Shown here: piece by piece, positions 29,831 to 40,021 of the stretch
Layout of the letters: every line of letters begins with the position of its first letter
Numbering within the stretch: position 1 is the first letter of the stretch
NCBI GenBank assembly: GCA_036679605.1
Contig: JAZDCZ010000289.1
Location: 64,001 to 128,000, forward strand
Source: Gemmatimonadota bacterium
GTDB taxonomy: Bacteria > Gemmatimonadota > Gemmatimonadetes > Gemmatimonadales > GWC2-71-9
DNA length: 64,000 nucleotides
Reading direction: 5' to 3'
Position numbers and translations under genes: made by a program
Notes under the pieces: model-generated
Seen by the model: the letters and a program-made list of their open reading frames with translations, nothing else
Told to the model about the DNA's origin: nothing
Database searches by the model: none

Positions 29831-30582
29831 GTGCTTATGTCTGCTATTATGGCCTCCTCGAGTATTGCTCCGAGAATTTCAATTGTGTTCTTGCCCTCTT
29901 CTGAAGAAGCCTCGGCGGGGTTTCCAAAGTAAGCTTGAGGTCCACCAGCCTCACTGAATGTAGCCTTTCCTTCTCGAATTGCGGCAGAAAGCGATACGGG
30001 GTTGGGTGGTAGTTCGCGCCTTAGCTCGTCGTGCACGAGTTGTGGTCGCTTTGCCAACACGATGGATGTCTCATATTGACCGGCGTGGCAAGCACCACTC
30101 TTGAACTCCTCGGTAAGGCGCGAGGCCCAAGGCTTCTTAGTAATGTCTGGAAAAATTACTTGCAGGCGAGCTTCCTTGCGGACGCCGTTAACGGCTGTAT
30201 TCAGCGATTGAAGATGGACGGGGTCCAGATGAGAGTTGGCAAGCGCGAGTACCTGAATTCCGTGTGCCGCCAAACTGCGGGCTATGCCGACAATGGTGGC
30301 GGAAACCGCTTCTCCGTCGAGTGATACCGTGCCCGCAAACCCAGCACCGAACCGGGCGGCAGTGTATGTCATTGTTGGCAACATTAGGACATCGTAGCCG
30401 GCTCGAACTAACCGTTCGGCGCCTGACTCAGCCATGGCCTCAGCAATGATTGCGTCGGTACCCAGTGGTAGGTGAGGACCGTGAGCTTCGATGGCTCCCA
30501 CTGGGAGCACGGCGATGGTCCTAGAGCGATCCAGGTTCTCAACTTCACTCCACGTCAGGTCAAATAGACGTAGGAGCGCCAT
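29827..30582 (-). CDS. Creatininase-family amidohydrolase
   Basis: PVGAIEAHGPHLPLGTD, NSH, HAGQYETS. Confidence 0.9.
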   Translation of the reverse strand: MALLRLFDLTWSEVENLDRSRTIAVLPVGAIEAHGPHLPLGTDAIIAEAMAESGAERLVRAGYDVLMLPTMTYTAARFGAGFAGTVSLDGEAVSATIVGIARSLAAHGIQVLALANSHLDPVHLQSLNTAVNGVRKEARLQVIFPDITKKPWASRLTEEFKSGACHAGQYETSIVLAKRPQLVHDELRRELPPNPVSLSAAIREGKATFSEAGGPQAYFGNPAEASSEEGKNTIEILGAILEEAIIADIST

Positions 30583-30648
30583 CAGACGAGATTACCAGTC
30601 ATAGTTGAAGGTTGACTCACACTCCAGTTAATGGGCATCATTGCACAC

Positions 30649-32169
30649 ATGAGCTTCCAACCACCCGAAAAGTTCAATATCGCCGATTACTTCCTAGACG
30701 CCAGGATCAGGGAAGGTCAAGGCCATCGGCCCGCACTCCATTGTAATAGCACGACTGTTTCTTACCAGGAAATACAAGAACTCGCCAACAAATTTGGCAA
30801 TATGCTCCGAGACAATGGCGTGATGCCAGAGCAGCGTGTGATAATAGCACTTCCTGACGGACCGGAGTTTGTAGCGGCATTGTTTGGCACACTCAAGATC
30901 GGGGCCGTTGTGGTCATGATCAACCCGGACATCAAGAAAGACGTGGCTCAATATTTTTACTCCTACACCCGTGCCCGCGTTGCGGTAGTCCATGACGATA
31001 CGCTGGCGCCGTTCGACGACGCTGCCCAAGATGCTGTTGACCTGGCGGCGCTCATGGTGGTGGGCAGTTCCGAGTTTGACGATCGCCTAGCCACGGCTTC
31101 GAGCGACCTGGATACGTACGCAACGCACCGTGATGATGCTGCGATATGGCTCTTTTCCGGTGGAACGACCGGTCGCCCGAAGGGTGTAGTTCAGACACAT
31201 TCTTCCTTCGCGAATACCACCGAATGCTACGCCAAGCAAGTGATAGCGTACAACGAGAATGACGTAACGATCTCAGTTCCCAAGTTGTATTTCGGCTACG
31301 CCACTGGATCCAATCTCTTGTTCCCCTTTTCGGTCGGTGCGTCATCGGTGCTGTTTCCCGAGCGTTGTACCGCGGATGTCTTGTTTGCAAATATCGCTCG
31401 TTTTCGACCCACCATCTTGATCAACGTACCAACGATGATCAACCACATGGTGAATCATCCGGAAGCAAGTTCAAGAGATCTGTCATCGTTGCGTCTTGCG
31501 ACATCTGCCGGAGAGGCGCTTCCAGCAGATCTGTACCACCGTTGGAAAGAGACGTTTGGCGTGGAGATGCTCGACGGACTCGGGACGGCTGAGATGTGGC
31601 ACATCTTTCTCTCTAACCGGCCGGGCGAGGTCAAGCCCGGTACCCTTGGCAAAGTTGTGCCGGGCTTCGAGGTCAGAGTGTGCGATGACATGGGACAAGA
31701 GCTTGCATGCGGCGAAATCGGATGGCTCTGGGTTCGCGGGAACTCCAGGGCGATCGGCTACTGGCATCAGATGGAAAAAAGCAAGCAATCGTTTCGTGGA
31801 GATTGGTACATTTCGGGAGACATGGTGTGCCGTGACACCGATGGTTACTTCACCTATTGCGGCCGCGACGACGATATGATGAAGGTAGCGGGCAAGTGGC
31901 TGTCACCTCAGGAACTCGAGAACTGCTTAATCCAACATCCGATGGTTACTGAAGCAGCTGTCGTTGGAATAGTCGACGCGAACGGGCTGACGAAACCACA
32001 CGCCTTCGTTGTCCCGACAGACGAGACCGCCACACTTGAGGAGGACCTCAAGGCATTTTGTAGAGAGCGGCTCGAGCCGTACAAACATCCCCGCAAGGTA
32101 GTCTTCACGGATAAGCTCCCGCGGACGCATCTAGGTAAGATCGACCGGGGCAAACTTAGGACGACGTGA
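30649..32169 (+). CDS. Benzoate/anthranilate-CoA ligase family protein
   Basis: FSGGTTGRPKG, DGLGTAEMWHIF, PRTHLGK. Confidence 0.88.
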   Translation: MSFQPPEKFNIADYFLDARIREGQGHRPALHCNSTTVSYQEIQELANKFGNMLRDNGVMPEQRVIIALPDGPEFVAALFGTLKIGAVVVMINPDIKKDVAQYFYSYTRARVAVVHDDTLAPFDDAAQDAVDLAALMVVGSSEFDDRLATASSDLDTYATHRDDAAIWLFSGGTTGRPKGVVQTHSSFANTTECYAKQVIAYNENDVTISVPKLYFGYATGSNLLFPFSVGASSVLFPERCTADVLFANIARFRPTILINVPTMINHMVNHPEASSRDLSSLRLATSAGEALPADLYHRWKETFGVEMLDGLGTAEMWHIFLSNRPGEVKPGTLGKVVPGFEVRVCDDMGQELACGEIGWLWVRGNSRAIGYWHQMEKSKQSFRGDWYISGDMVCRDTDGYFTYCGRDDDMMKVAGKWLSPQELENCLIQHPMVTEAAVVGIVDANGLTKPHAFVVPTDETATLEEDLKAFCRERLEPYKHPRKVVFTDKLPRTHLGKIDRGKLRTT

Positions 32170-32193
32170 CTGCAAGGAACGAGGAACCCAACT

Positions 32194-33255
32194 ATGGAGC
32201 GTAGCTCTTGGCTTCGATGGACGACTGCCGGCCTGATGACGGCGACTGGTGTGTTCCTAGTTGCTGCCTGTACTTCGGATCAAGATAATTCTGCGCCAGA
32301 AGCAGATACACCAGTTGCAAATGCAGTGCGCCTCTATGTAGTTGACCGGCACGAAGGCGTTTTCCGTCTTGATCCGGCGACGTTGGAACCGATCGATACG
32401 ATCGATACGGGTCCGCGACCGCACGGACTCGTAGCGTCGCCTGACGGCCGTACCCTCTATATCACCGTGGAGACGAGTAGCGAACTTCTCAAAGTAGATG
32501 TGGCAACCCACGAGATCATTGGTCGGGTAGGTGTCGGTCCGATCCCCAACGAACCCACGTTGAGTCGGGATGGAAAGTATGCGTTCGTTCCACAGCGAGC
32601 TGCCGACAAGACAGCAGTGGTCGATACCGATGTCATGAAAGTCGTAAAGCTCCTGCCTGCCGGAGACGCTCAGCACAATGCGTATACCTCCGCCAACGGC
32701 GAGCATGTCTATGTCACGTCGATGGGAGATGAACTCATTTCGGTCATCGATCCTACTGCGCAGGAAATCCTTCGACAGATTCCAGTCGGCGGAATTCCTC
32801 GGCCTTTGGCACTCACTGCCGACGACTCTCTCGCATACCTGGCGTTGTCGGGTCTTACGGGTTTTGTGACGTTGGATCTACGTGCCGGTGCGGTAGTAAA
32901 TCGCCTCGAGTTGCCCGTCCCGGATGGCACGCCTGTCCCGCACCTCGATACCTACACGCATGGCATGTTGCTGACCCCCGACGACCGTGAACTCTGGATC
33001 GCAACTTATGCCACTGACAAGGTCTACGGGTTCTTGATGCCCGAGGTCAAACAGTTTGCAGAGATCTCCACAGAGGGCGGGCCATTTTGGTTTGCATTGC
33101 ATCCAGATGGAGAGCCACTCTATCTAACTCTGGAAACGGCAGGTTCTGTCGTCGCGATTAGTAGGGGCACCAGAGAAGTGATCAGAAGAGAGAAAGTCGG
33201 CAGGGCTCCCACACGAATCCTCGCTTTTCGTACACCCGTTCAAGATCGTAGATGA
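32194..33255 (+). CDS. YVTN/YncE beta-propeller lipoprotein
   Basis: Lipobox VAAC, repeats such as GPRPHGL..SPDGRTLY. Confidence 0.8.
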   Translation: MERSSWLRWTTAGLMTATGVFLVAACTSDQDNSAPEADTPVANAVRLYVVDRHEGVFRLDPATLEPIDTIDTGPRPHGLVASPDGRTLYITVETSSELLKVDVATHEIIGRVGVGPIPNEPTLSRDGKYAFVPQRAADKTAVVDTDVMKVVKLLPAGDAQHNAYTSANGEHVYVTSMGDELISVIDPTAQEILRQIPVGGIPRPLALTADDSLAYLALSGLTGFVTLDLRAGAVVNRLELPVPDGTPVPHLDTYTHGMLLTPDDRELWIATYATDKVYGFLMPEVKQFAEISTEGGPFWFALHPDGEPLYLTLETAGSVVAISRGTREVIRREKVGRAPTRILAFRTPVQDRR

Positions 33256-34820
33256 AGGCAGACGATCTCCCACTGTACTACAATGCCGTCGAGATTCTGG
33301 AGCGAAACCTAGAATCCCGATCGGACAAGGTCGCTCTTTACACCGATACGCGCACGTTGACCTTTCGTGAGGTGTCCGATGAGGTAAACCGCGTAGGCAA
33401 CGCCCTCAAGAAGCTCGATGTCCGGATGGGAGAATGCGTTGGTCTCGGGGCACCTGACAGCGCCGAATGGGTCACCTGCTTCTTTGGTGTAATGAAAATC
33501 GGAGCCGTGACCGTCTGTATGAACACGCTGCTGAAGCCAGACGATTTTCGCTTCATGCTTGCCGACAGCCGGGTTCGGGTTCTGTTGGTACATGCTGACT
33601 TGCTTGATTCTATTGGCACCATACTGCCACAGCTCCCTGACCTAAAGGATGTCGTGGTAATTGGAGGTTCCAACAATTCAGCAAACTACGAGTACGATGA
33701 GTGGATCAAAGGCGAATCTACGAATTTAAATTCTGCGCGGACCCACAGAGAGGATTTCGGCACGCTCAACTACTCCAGTGGTACGACGGGCAAGCCGAAG
33801 GGAATATTTCACGCACATAAAGACTACGTGATTACGGCAGAGCTTTGGGCACTAGGTGTACTTGGTTTGCGGACGGAGGACCGCACATTCTCGAACGCCA
33901 AGTTGTTCTTCGTCTACGGGTTGGGTGGCAATCTCCTTTTCCCATGGCAAGTGGGTGCGGGCGCCATACTGTTCTCCGGCTCCGCAAGGGACACGGACAG
34001 AGTTCTCGGCGTCATCGATCGCTTCAAACCGACGATAGTCTTCAACGTCCCCACGGGATACGCTGCGGCGCTAGCCGTACCCGATCTCACTGAGAAATAC
34101 GACATTTCATCCGTACGCCTCTGCGTTTCCGCGGGGGAGTCTCTACCGGCAGCAATCTGGCACCAGTGGAAGGAAAAAACGGGAATCACTATTCTCGATG
34201 GCATAGGATCGACCGAGAACTTCCACATCTTTATCTCGAACTCCCCTGATGACGTATGTCCGGGGAGTAGCGGCAAGCCAGTACCTGGCTACGAGGTGAA
34301 GATAGTAGACGACACCGGCGTCGCGGTAACAGGTGGTGAGATAGGAAACCTAATGGTCAAGGGCGAGACGGCAGCAGTATGGTATTTACATCAGTACCAT
34401 CGGACGCGGCTGACTTTCCAGGGCGAGTGGCTGCACACGGGAGACAAGTACTACGAAGACGGTGATGGATATTTTTGGCATGCCGGCCGCGCCGATGACA
34501 TGCTCAAGGTCGGAGGTATCTGGGTATCACCTGTAGAGGTGGAGAATACCCTCGTTGCCCACCCGGCTGTCGCGGAGTGTGCAGTCGTTGGGGCACGGGA
34601 TAAATCGAATCTAGTTAAACCCAAAGCATGGGTTGTGTTGGCCGAGGAGTTCGAGCCATCGGAAGATCTGGCACAGGAACTGATCAGTCACTGCACCGAA
34701 GAAATTGCCGCGTTCAAGAGACCTCGATGGGTGGCGTTTACGGAGGATCTACCTAAGACGGCGACTGGCAAGATTCAGCGCTTCAAATTGCGTCAGGTTA
34801 GCGAAGATATTGGACAATGA
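33252..34820 (+). CDS. Benzoate-CoA ligase family protein (second copy)
   Basis: YSSGTTGKPKG, KLFFVYGLG, DGIGSTENFHIF, PKTATGKIQR. Confidence 0.9.
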   Translation: MKADDLPLYYNAVEILERNLESRSDKVALYTDTRTLTFREVSDEVNRVGNALKKLDVRMGECVGLGAPDSAEWVTCFFGVMKIGAVTVCMNTLLKPDDFRFMLADSRVRVLLVHADLLDSIGTILPQLPDLKDVVVIGGSNNSANYEYDEWIKGESTNLNSARTHREDFGTLNYSSGTTGKPKGIFHAHKDYVITAELWALGVLGLRTEDRTFSNAKLFFVYGLGGNLLFPWQVGAGAILFSGSARDTDRVLGVIDRFKPTIVFNVPTGYAAALAVPDLTEKYDISSVRLCVSAGESLPAAIWHQWKEKTGITILDGIGSTENFHIFISNSPDDVCPGSSGKPVPGYEVKIVDDTGVAVTGGEIGNLMVKGETAAVWYLHQYHRTRLTFQGEWLHTGDKYYEDGDGYFWHAGRADDMLKVGGIWVSPVEVENTLVAHPAVAECAVVGARDKSNLVKPKAWVVLAEEFEPSEDLAQELISHCTEEIAAFKRPRWVAFTEDLPKTATGKIQRFKLRQVSEDIGQ

Positions 34821-35902
34821 TTGATATTCCGGTGGGGGAGGGGGACACGCGCACAATCGCCGAGCGGTGGGAAGAGATTCTTGCCCGAACTCCGGTAGCC
34901 TCGGAAGACGGTGAGTCCATAGGTGTTTCCCGAGAAGGACGCGACATACGGGCATTCCGATTTGGTCGCGGCCGACTGCGCGTGAGCATATTGGCTGGTT
35001 GCCACGCCGACGAACCCATCGGTCCTCGAATGCTGGGCCATTTGTGCTCCTATCTATCCACGCTGTCGCCCAATGATCCTCTGATCGAGGCATACGATTG
35101 GTGGATCATTCCCCATATCAACCCCGATGGTGAGGTGAGAAATCGAGAGTGGTATGGAGCCACCGACTCAGCGTACGACTTGGTCACATACCTGTCGCAC
35201 GTGGTGCGCGAACTCCCAGGAGAGGACGTGGAATTCGGTTTCCCCCGGGACCAGCTTGATCTGGACGCCCGGCCCGAGACTCGTGCTGCCGTTGAGTGGT
35301 GGAGACAGTCTGCCGCGCCGTTCAATCTGCATCTTTCTCTCCACAGCACGGGCTTCGCCGCCGGTCCCTGGTTTCTTGTTGAGGAAGCGTGGTCGGATCG
35401 GTGTGATCTCCTAAAGGAACTCTGTACCGTACGGGTGGAGGAATTGGGATACACTCTGCATGACGTGGAACGCCTGGGCGAAAAAGGGTTCTTTCGCTTG
35501 GGGAGAGGGTTTTGTACACGTCCGGACTCTCGGTACATGAGACAATACTTTGTCGACCAGGGAGACGAGAGTACTGCACGGCTCTTCCGACCAAGCTCAA
35601 TGGAAATCATGCGCTCTTTGGGTGGTGATCCACTTACACTCGTTTCGGAAATGCCATTGTTCATCACTCCCGGAGTGGGTGATACGTTAGGACCTCCGGA
35701 TCCGGTGGCGGTGGATTTCAAGGCTGCGATCAGTCGTTGGAAGGTGATGCTCCGAGAGGGTGACTCCGGCGAAATCGTCGCGCGTGAGATCGCTGAGCGT
35801 GGACTGAGAGCAATGCCCGTGCTGGACCAGATGATTCTTCAGCTCACTCTTATCGGCGCGGGAATCGCCCAGGTCGAGTCTCTCCCACTAGACAGTCGTT
35901 AG
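34817..35902 (+). CDS. M14 zinc carboxypeptidase family protein
   Basis: GVSREGR, GCHADE (HxxE), PHINPDG, SLH. Confidence 0.8.
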   Translation: MIDIPVGEGDTRTIAERWEEILARTPVASEDGESIGVSREGRDIRAFRFGRGRLRVSILAGCHADEPIGPRMLGHLCSYLSTLSPNDPLIEAYDWWIIPHINPDGEVRNREWYGATDSAYDLVTYLSHVVRELPGEDVEFGFPRDQLDLDARPETRAAVEWWRQSAAPFNLHLSLHSTGFAAGPWFLVEEAWSDRCDLLKELCTVRVEELGYTLHDVERLGEKGFFRLGRGFCTRPDSRYMRQYFVDQGDESTARLFRPSSMEIMRSLGGDPLTLVSEMPLFITPGVGDTLGPPDPVAVDFKAAISRWKVMLREGDSGEIVAREIAERGLRAMPVLDQMILQLTLIGAGIAQVESLPLDSR

Positions 35903-35904
35903 GT

Positions 35905-36330
35905 CTACTGGATTCCTCTGCGTGTGGAATCGCGGCGGGCAATTTGGAACGTGACGGACCACTCTCCAGTGAAATCCCAAAGCTCCGCTCCGGGGCGTTG
36001 GACTATTGAGAGCGCTGAGATGTTTTCGGTGACGCACTGTGCCAAATCCTCGCTGCCGGTAGAGTTTTCGGTTATCTCCGGAGTGAGCGTGCCACCGACA
36101 CCGTGAAGCTTGACTCTTAGAGTGCCCTCGGTGTCTCGGTTTTTCCTCAGAGCCCGTACATAGCACGCCTCGAATCTCGGGTCCAGCGGGGCAAGCTGGC
36201 GCTCCAGGTAATCAGAATCTACTGAACCCTCCACGGTCAATTGACCGAACTGGACTGTGCCGAACGGTGTCCCGCCACCGCAAGCCACGGATATCAGGGC
36301 TGCCGTTGCTGTCCAGAGAATCTTGCGCAT
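35905..36330 (-). CDS. Lipoprotein with an AgmX/PglI (TonB-C-like) domain
   Basis: Lipobox VAC, CYVRAL...EG...LAQCV pattern. Confidence 0.65.
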   Translation of the reverse strand: MRKILWTATAALISVACGGGTPFGTVQFGQLTVEGSVDSDYLERQLAPLDPRFEACYVRALRKNRDTEGTLRVKLHGVGGTLTPEITENSTGSEDLAQCVTENISALSIVQRPGAELWDFTGEWSVTFQIARRDSTRRGIQ

Positions 36331-36366
36331 GGTCTTGCCACCTCCGGTGCTCGGAATGGATTCTTC

Positions 36367-36437
36367 TTGTGATTCAGGACAAACATCGCTATAATACCAT
36401 ATTAGTATTGTCTAATATCGTAGTTAGTATCATCTAA
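36367..36437 (+). promoter_or_regulatory. Sigma70 promoter followed by two TTAG-N6-CTAA operators (DtxR/MntR-like)
   Basis: TTGTGA-17-TATAAT (36367-36395). Palindromes ATATTAGTATTGTCTAATAT (36399-36418) and TTAGTATCATCTAA (36424-36437), 22 bp apart. Confidence 0.65.
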
Positions 36438-36454
36438 TCACTGGAGACGCTTCG

Positions 36455-37297
36455 ATGTCCGCCGCCTACCGGGCACTCTGTGCCGTTGCCGTTCTAGCTG
36501 GATTCTCCGTGTCACCCGTTCTTGGTCAGATTAATAGGGACGTCGCCAAGTCGGCCCTCGTGACCGACCGCCCTGATCAGACCGAATCCAGTGCAGTTGT
36601 GGGCCGCGGACTCATCCAGGTGGAGGTGGGTTGGTCGTTTTCCGAACAAGATGAGCGTGGAGTGCGGCTGAGAAGTCATGCGGCCCCCCAAGCATTGTTC
36701 CGCGTTGGGATTTTGGACGGGCTAGAAGGGAGATTCGGATTCGCCGGATGGATCCGAGAAGAATTGCTCGGATCCATTGACCCAGCCGGTCCCAGTTCGA
36801 ACACTAGTAGTGGTTTCGGTGACATCGACATCGGGTTCAAGTATCGCTTGGGAGATCATGCGGGAACGGGCCCCGATTGGGCCTTCCTGGGTGGCGCCAA
36901 GCTGCCCACTGGTAAAGATGGATTGGGCAGCGAGCGAGTTGATCCGAATTTCCGACTCAGTTTCGCCTACGATCTGGCCGACCGAGTATCGCTAGGGTCT
37001 AACGTGGGTGCCCTGTGGACGAGTAGTGCTACGGTGCTAGGTACGGAGACACTGGTCGATTTCTTGTACACACTCGCCTTGGGGTTTTCCGTTTCCGAAC
37101 GCGTCGGTGCATTTTGGGAATCGTTCGGGTTCGTTGCGTTGGAAGAAGCGGGATCATCCCGTCATTCGATGGATGGCGGACTGACATTTCTCGTGAACTT
37201 CGACGTGCAGTTCGACGTAAGTGGTGGTGTGGGCCTCAATGATGCAGCCGATGACTGGTTCGTCGGTGCTGGGCTCTCCATTAGGATAGGAAGCTAG
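36455..37297 (+). CDS. Outer-membrane beta-barrel channel (MetA-pathway/phenol-degradation-like family)
   Basis: Signal peptide, TDRPDQTES, GFGDIDIGFKY, KLPTG. Confidence 0.8.
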   Translation: MSAAYRALCAVAVLAGFSVSPVLGQINRDVAKSALVTDRPDQTESSAVVGRGLIQVEVGWSFSEQDERGVRLRSHAAPQALFRVGILDGLEGRFGFAGWIREELLGSIDPAGPSSNTSSGFGDIDIGFKYRLGDHAGTGPDWAFLGGAKLPTGKDGLGSERVDPNFRLSFAYDLADRVSLGSNVGALWTSSATVLGTETLVDFLYTLALGFSVSERVGAFWESFGFVALEEAGSSRHSMDGGLTFLVNFDVQFDVSGGVGLNDAADDWFVGAGLSIRIGS

Positions 37298-37342
37298 AGG
37301 AGTGTGGGGCAACTTGTGCGTCTCCCCACACCCCTCGAACAC

Positions 37343-37732
37343 TTATTTCTTGTGACTTAGAGTCCACACATATGCGGCAACTGCCTTGACCTGGGCATCG
37401 GTCAGAGCGCCACTACCCCTAGGAGGCATGACTGCCCCCGTTTCTGACTGCGTTCCCTCCATGATTGCCTTGACGATGGCTTCATATCCACCATCTCCCT
37501 TTACCCAGTCTTTGTCTGTCAGGTTTGCACCCAAGTTGGGCACACCTTTCGCATCTGGACCATGACACGCAAAACAGGTACCAGCGCCTGCAAATAGAGT
37601 TGCGCCCTCGGAGATCATTTTTTCTGTAACACCTTTAGGTAATGCTTCTGTCTTGGCTTGGGCTGAAACCAGTGACGGCACTGTCAACACAGCGCCCAAA
37701 GTCAACGGCAACCAAAATTTCTTGACGTTCAC
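37343..37732 (-). CDS. Monoheme c-type cytochrome
   Basis: Signal peptide, CFACH, distal MPP. GTG start after GAGG. Confidence 0.9.
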   Translation of the reverse strand: MNVKKFWLPLTLGAVLTVPSLVSAQAKTEALPKGVTEKMISEGATLFAGAGTCFACHGPDAKGVPNLGANLTDKDWVKGDGGYEAIVKAIMEGTQSETGAVMPPRGSGALTDAQVKAVAAYVWTLSHKK

Positions 37733-37855
37733 GTGCTGGACCTCACTTGGATAGAAAAATTCTGCAACTAGTAGGGCCGTTTCCAAACGGCGCGTCCGAA
37801 AAGATCTGAATTAGTGAGAGCAAGATATCTAGTCGAATACACTTCTCGCCAGTCT

Positions 37856-39265
37856 CTAGCTCGATGAGCAGGCCGCTCGCTTCTCGGCGGCCAGGGGCAG
37901 GCAGATCTTGATTGCCAATCCGCCCAATCTGCTGCGCTCCGCCTCTATGGTGCCGCCATGGGCCGAAAGGATCGTGGACGCAATTGTAAGTCCTAGGCCG
38001 ACTCCTCCTGTCCGAGATCTGGCCGCGTCGGCCCGGTAAAGCCTTTCGAACAGATACGGTAGATCGTCGTCGGGGATTCCCGGTCCATCATCCTCTACCG
38101 CGATCAACAGTCTTTCTTGCCCGCCACTCACGGAGACTTCGACTTTCGTTCCCGGGGATGTGTGAGTAATTGCATTGTCGAGCAGGTGATTCACAACTAG
38201 CCGCATCATCTTTGCGTCTGCCCATGCAACGGTGTCTAAGTCGGAATCTTGCCTAAACTCGATCGAATGTTCCTTCGTCCGTGACTGGGCTCGGCTCACG
38301 GCTTCTGCTATGATTTGCGAGACGTCGGTGGGTATGCAACTTGGGCTCAGTTCTCCTGCCTCGAGGCGGGCAAGCAGGATCAAAGCCTCACTAATGGAAT
38401 TGAGATGCTCGACCTCCTCAAGGCAGCTCTCCAGTACCATGCGGTACTGCTGCGGATCCCGCTCGCCTCTCAACGCGACCTCCAATTCACCCCGCATTGC
38501 GGTGAGCGGTGTCCGAATATCATGCCCAAGATCAGCGATGATTCGTTGCTGAGTTTGGAATACTCCGTCCAGTCGCTCGAGCATATTGTTCAACACTGCG
38601 ACTAGTCCCTCGAACTCTGTCACGTGTGCTTGGGCCGTGATTCGCTGTCCGGGCGCTCCAGGCGTAATGGCCTGGGCCTGCCGGGTGACGACGGCTATGG
38701 GATACACGGCAGATCCTGCCAGCCAGGCGGCACCCACAAGAGTAGCAATCGTACCGAAGATCACTGTTCCGAGCATGAGCAAGAAGACGGCTCGGTCCGC
38801 TCTCCTCAGAGGATCGAGCGACGCGGCGACCTGAAGAACCGCAAATCCGGGACGACTGTTTCTTGGCGTGGGGACGTACAAGGAACGAATACGGCGGTCT
38901 TTCCACGTCTGCGTTGCCCAAGAGATTTCGCCATTGATGGCTTCATCGAAGCTTGCCTGATCAACAGGAATGCTGGCCCCAAAAGGGGTGTTGGTGGCGG
39001 AAGCTCTTCCCAGAGTATCCCGCACTATTACAAAGCGATTGACCCGTTCGACGAATTCATCGAGATCAGATGCGGAGTCGAAGGCTATCGGTAGTCGCGC
39101 CGCAAGCACTGCGGCTTCTAGTTGCTGCGCCGAGGCCAGGCCAGCATCGAGCTGGTCGCTAATTCTTCGGTGAGTGCCCAGGAAGGCCCACAAGGCGATC
39201 AGGAAGAGCGCCAAAAACATTGTGAGCGAAAACCGCACCGCCAAAGTGCGGCGCAGCGAATGCAT
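37856..39265 (-). CDS. Membrane sensor histidine kinase (CusS-like)
   Basis: Two TM helices, HAMP, GHDIRTPL, HATPase boxes. Confidence 0.9.
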   Translation of the reverse strand: MHSLRRTLAVRFSLTMFLALFLIALWAFLGTHRRISDQLDAGLASAQQLEAAVLAARLPIAFDSASDLDEFVERVNRFVIVRDTLGRASATNTPFGASIPVDQASFDEAINGEISWATQTWKDRRIRSLYVPTPRNSRPGFAVLQVAASLDPLRRADRAVFLLMLGTVIFGTIATLVGAAWLAGSAVYPIAVVTRQAQAITPGAPGQRITAQAHVTEFEGLVAVLNNMLERLDGVFQTQQRIIADLGHDIRTPLTAMRGELEVALRGERDPQQYRMVLESCLEEVEHLNSISEALILLARLEAGELSPSCIPTDVSQIIAEAVSRAQSRTKEHSIEFRQDSDLDTVAWADAKMMRLVVNHLLDNAITHTSPGTKVEVSVSGGQERLLIAVEDDGPGIPDDDLPYLFERLYRADAARSRTGGVGLGLTIASTILSAHGGTIEAERSRLGGLAIKICLPLAAEKRAACSSS

Positions 39266-39951
39266 TACGTCTGTAGCTCGTCCGGTTTCTTGAGGCAGAA
39301 CCCTACGCCACGGACGGTCTGAATGATGTTCTGGCAGTTCGCATCCCGGAGCTTGCGTCGAAGATTTCCTACGTGAACGTCCACGACATTACTTTCGGGA
39401 TCGAAATGCATGTCCCAGACCTTTTCCAGTAACTCTGTGCGCCGCACGACGGCCTCAGCGTTCAGTATGAAATGTTCGAGCAGCTGGAATTCGCGCGGCG
39501 TCAGGTCAAGCAACTCGCCCGACGCTCGCGCTTGGTGTTTTATCCGATTCAGCTCCAGCGTGGCGTAGGAAAGTCGCTCGACTCGAGTGGCACCCCCCCG
39601 TCGAATCAAGGCTCTAAGACGGGCGAGAAGTTCGTCGAATCTGAACGGCTTTGCCAAGTAGTCGTCGGCGCCGGCATCGAGCCCTCGGACGACATCTTCC
39701 GTAGTATCCCGTGCCGTTAGCATTAGGATTGGTGTCTGCCGACCTTCTTTTCTTAGGTCTGCCGCGACTTGCAACCCGTTTCTCTTCGGGAGCATGATGT
39801 CCAGCAGAATGGCATCGTAATCGTTGATATGTGCCAGTGTCGTCGCCTCGTCACCGTCTTTGGCGACGTCGACAGCGTAGCCCTCTTCGCGAAGGCCCAT
39901 CTGTATGAAGCCTGCGACCTTCCGGTCGTCTTCTACTACCAGTATCCTCAT
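39265..39951 (-). CDS. OmpR-family response regulator (CusR-like)
   Basis: REC plus wHTH, SNVVDVHV, TVRGVG. Confidence 0.92.
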   Translation of the reverse strand: MRILVVEDDRKVAGFIQMGLREEGYAVDVAKDGDEATTLAHINDYDAILLDIMLPKRNGLQVAADLRKEGRQTPILMLTARDTTEDVVRGLDAGADDYLAKPFRFDELLARLRALIRRGGATRVERLSYATLELNRIKHQARASGELLDLTPREFQLLEHFILNAEAVVRRTELLEKVWDMHFDPESNVVDVHVGNLRRKLRDANCQNIIQTVRGVGFCLKKPDELQT

Positions 39952-40021
39952 GGGTCTAACTGTACCGGACCTGTCGTAAGAGGTTATTTAATCGACTGTG
40001 AAGAAGTCTTCATTTACGCCC

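Noticed and set aside
35050..35721. 223-aa antisense ORF, and similar ones at 51528-52442, 52649-53302 and 41333-42037
   Set aside because: Shadow ORFs that overlap well-supported genes and have Ser/Arg/Pro-rich composition
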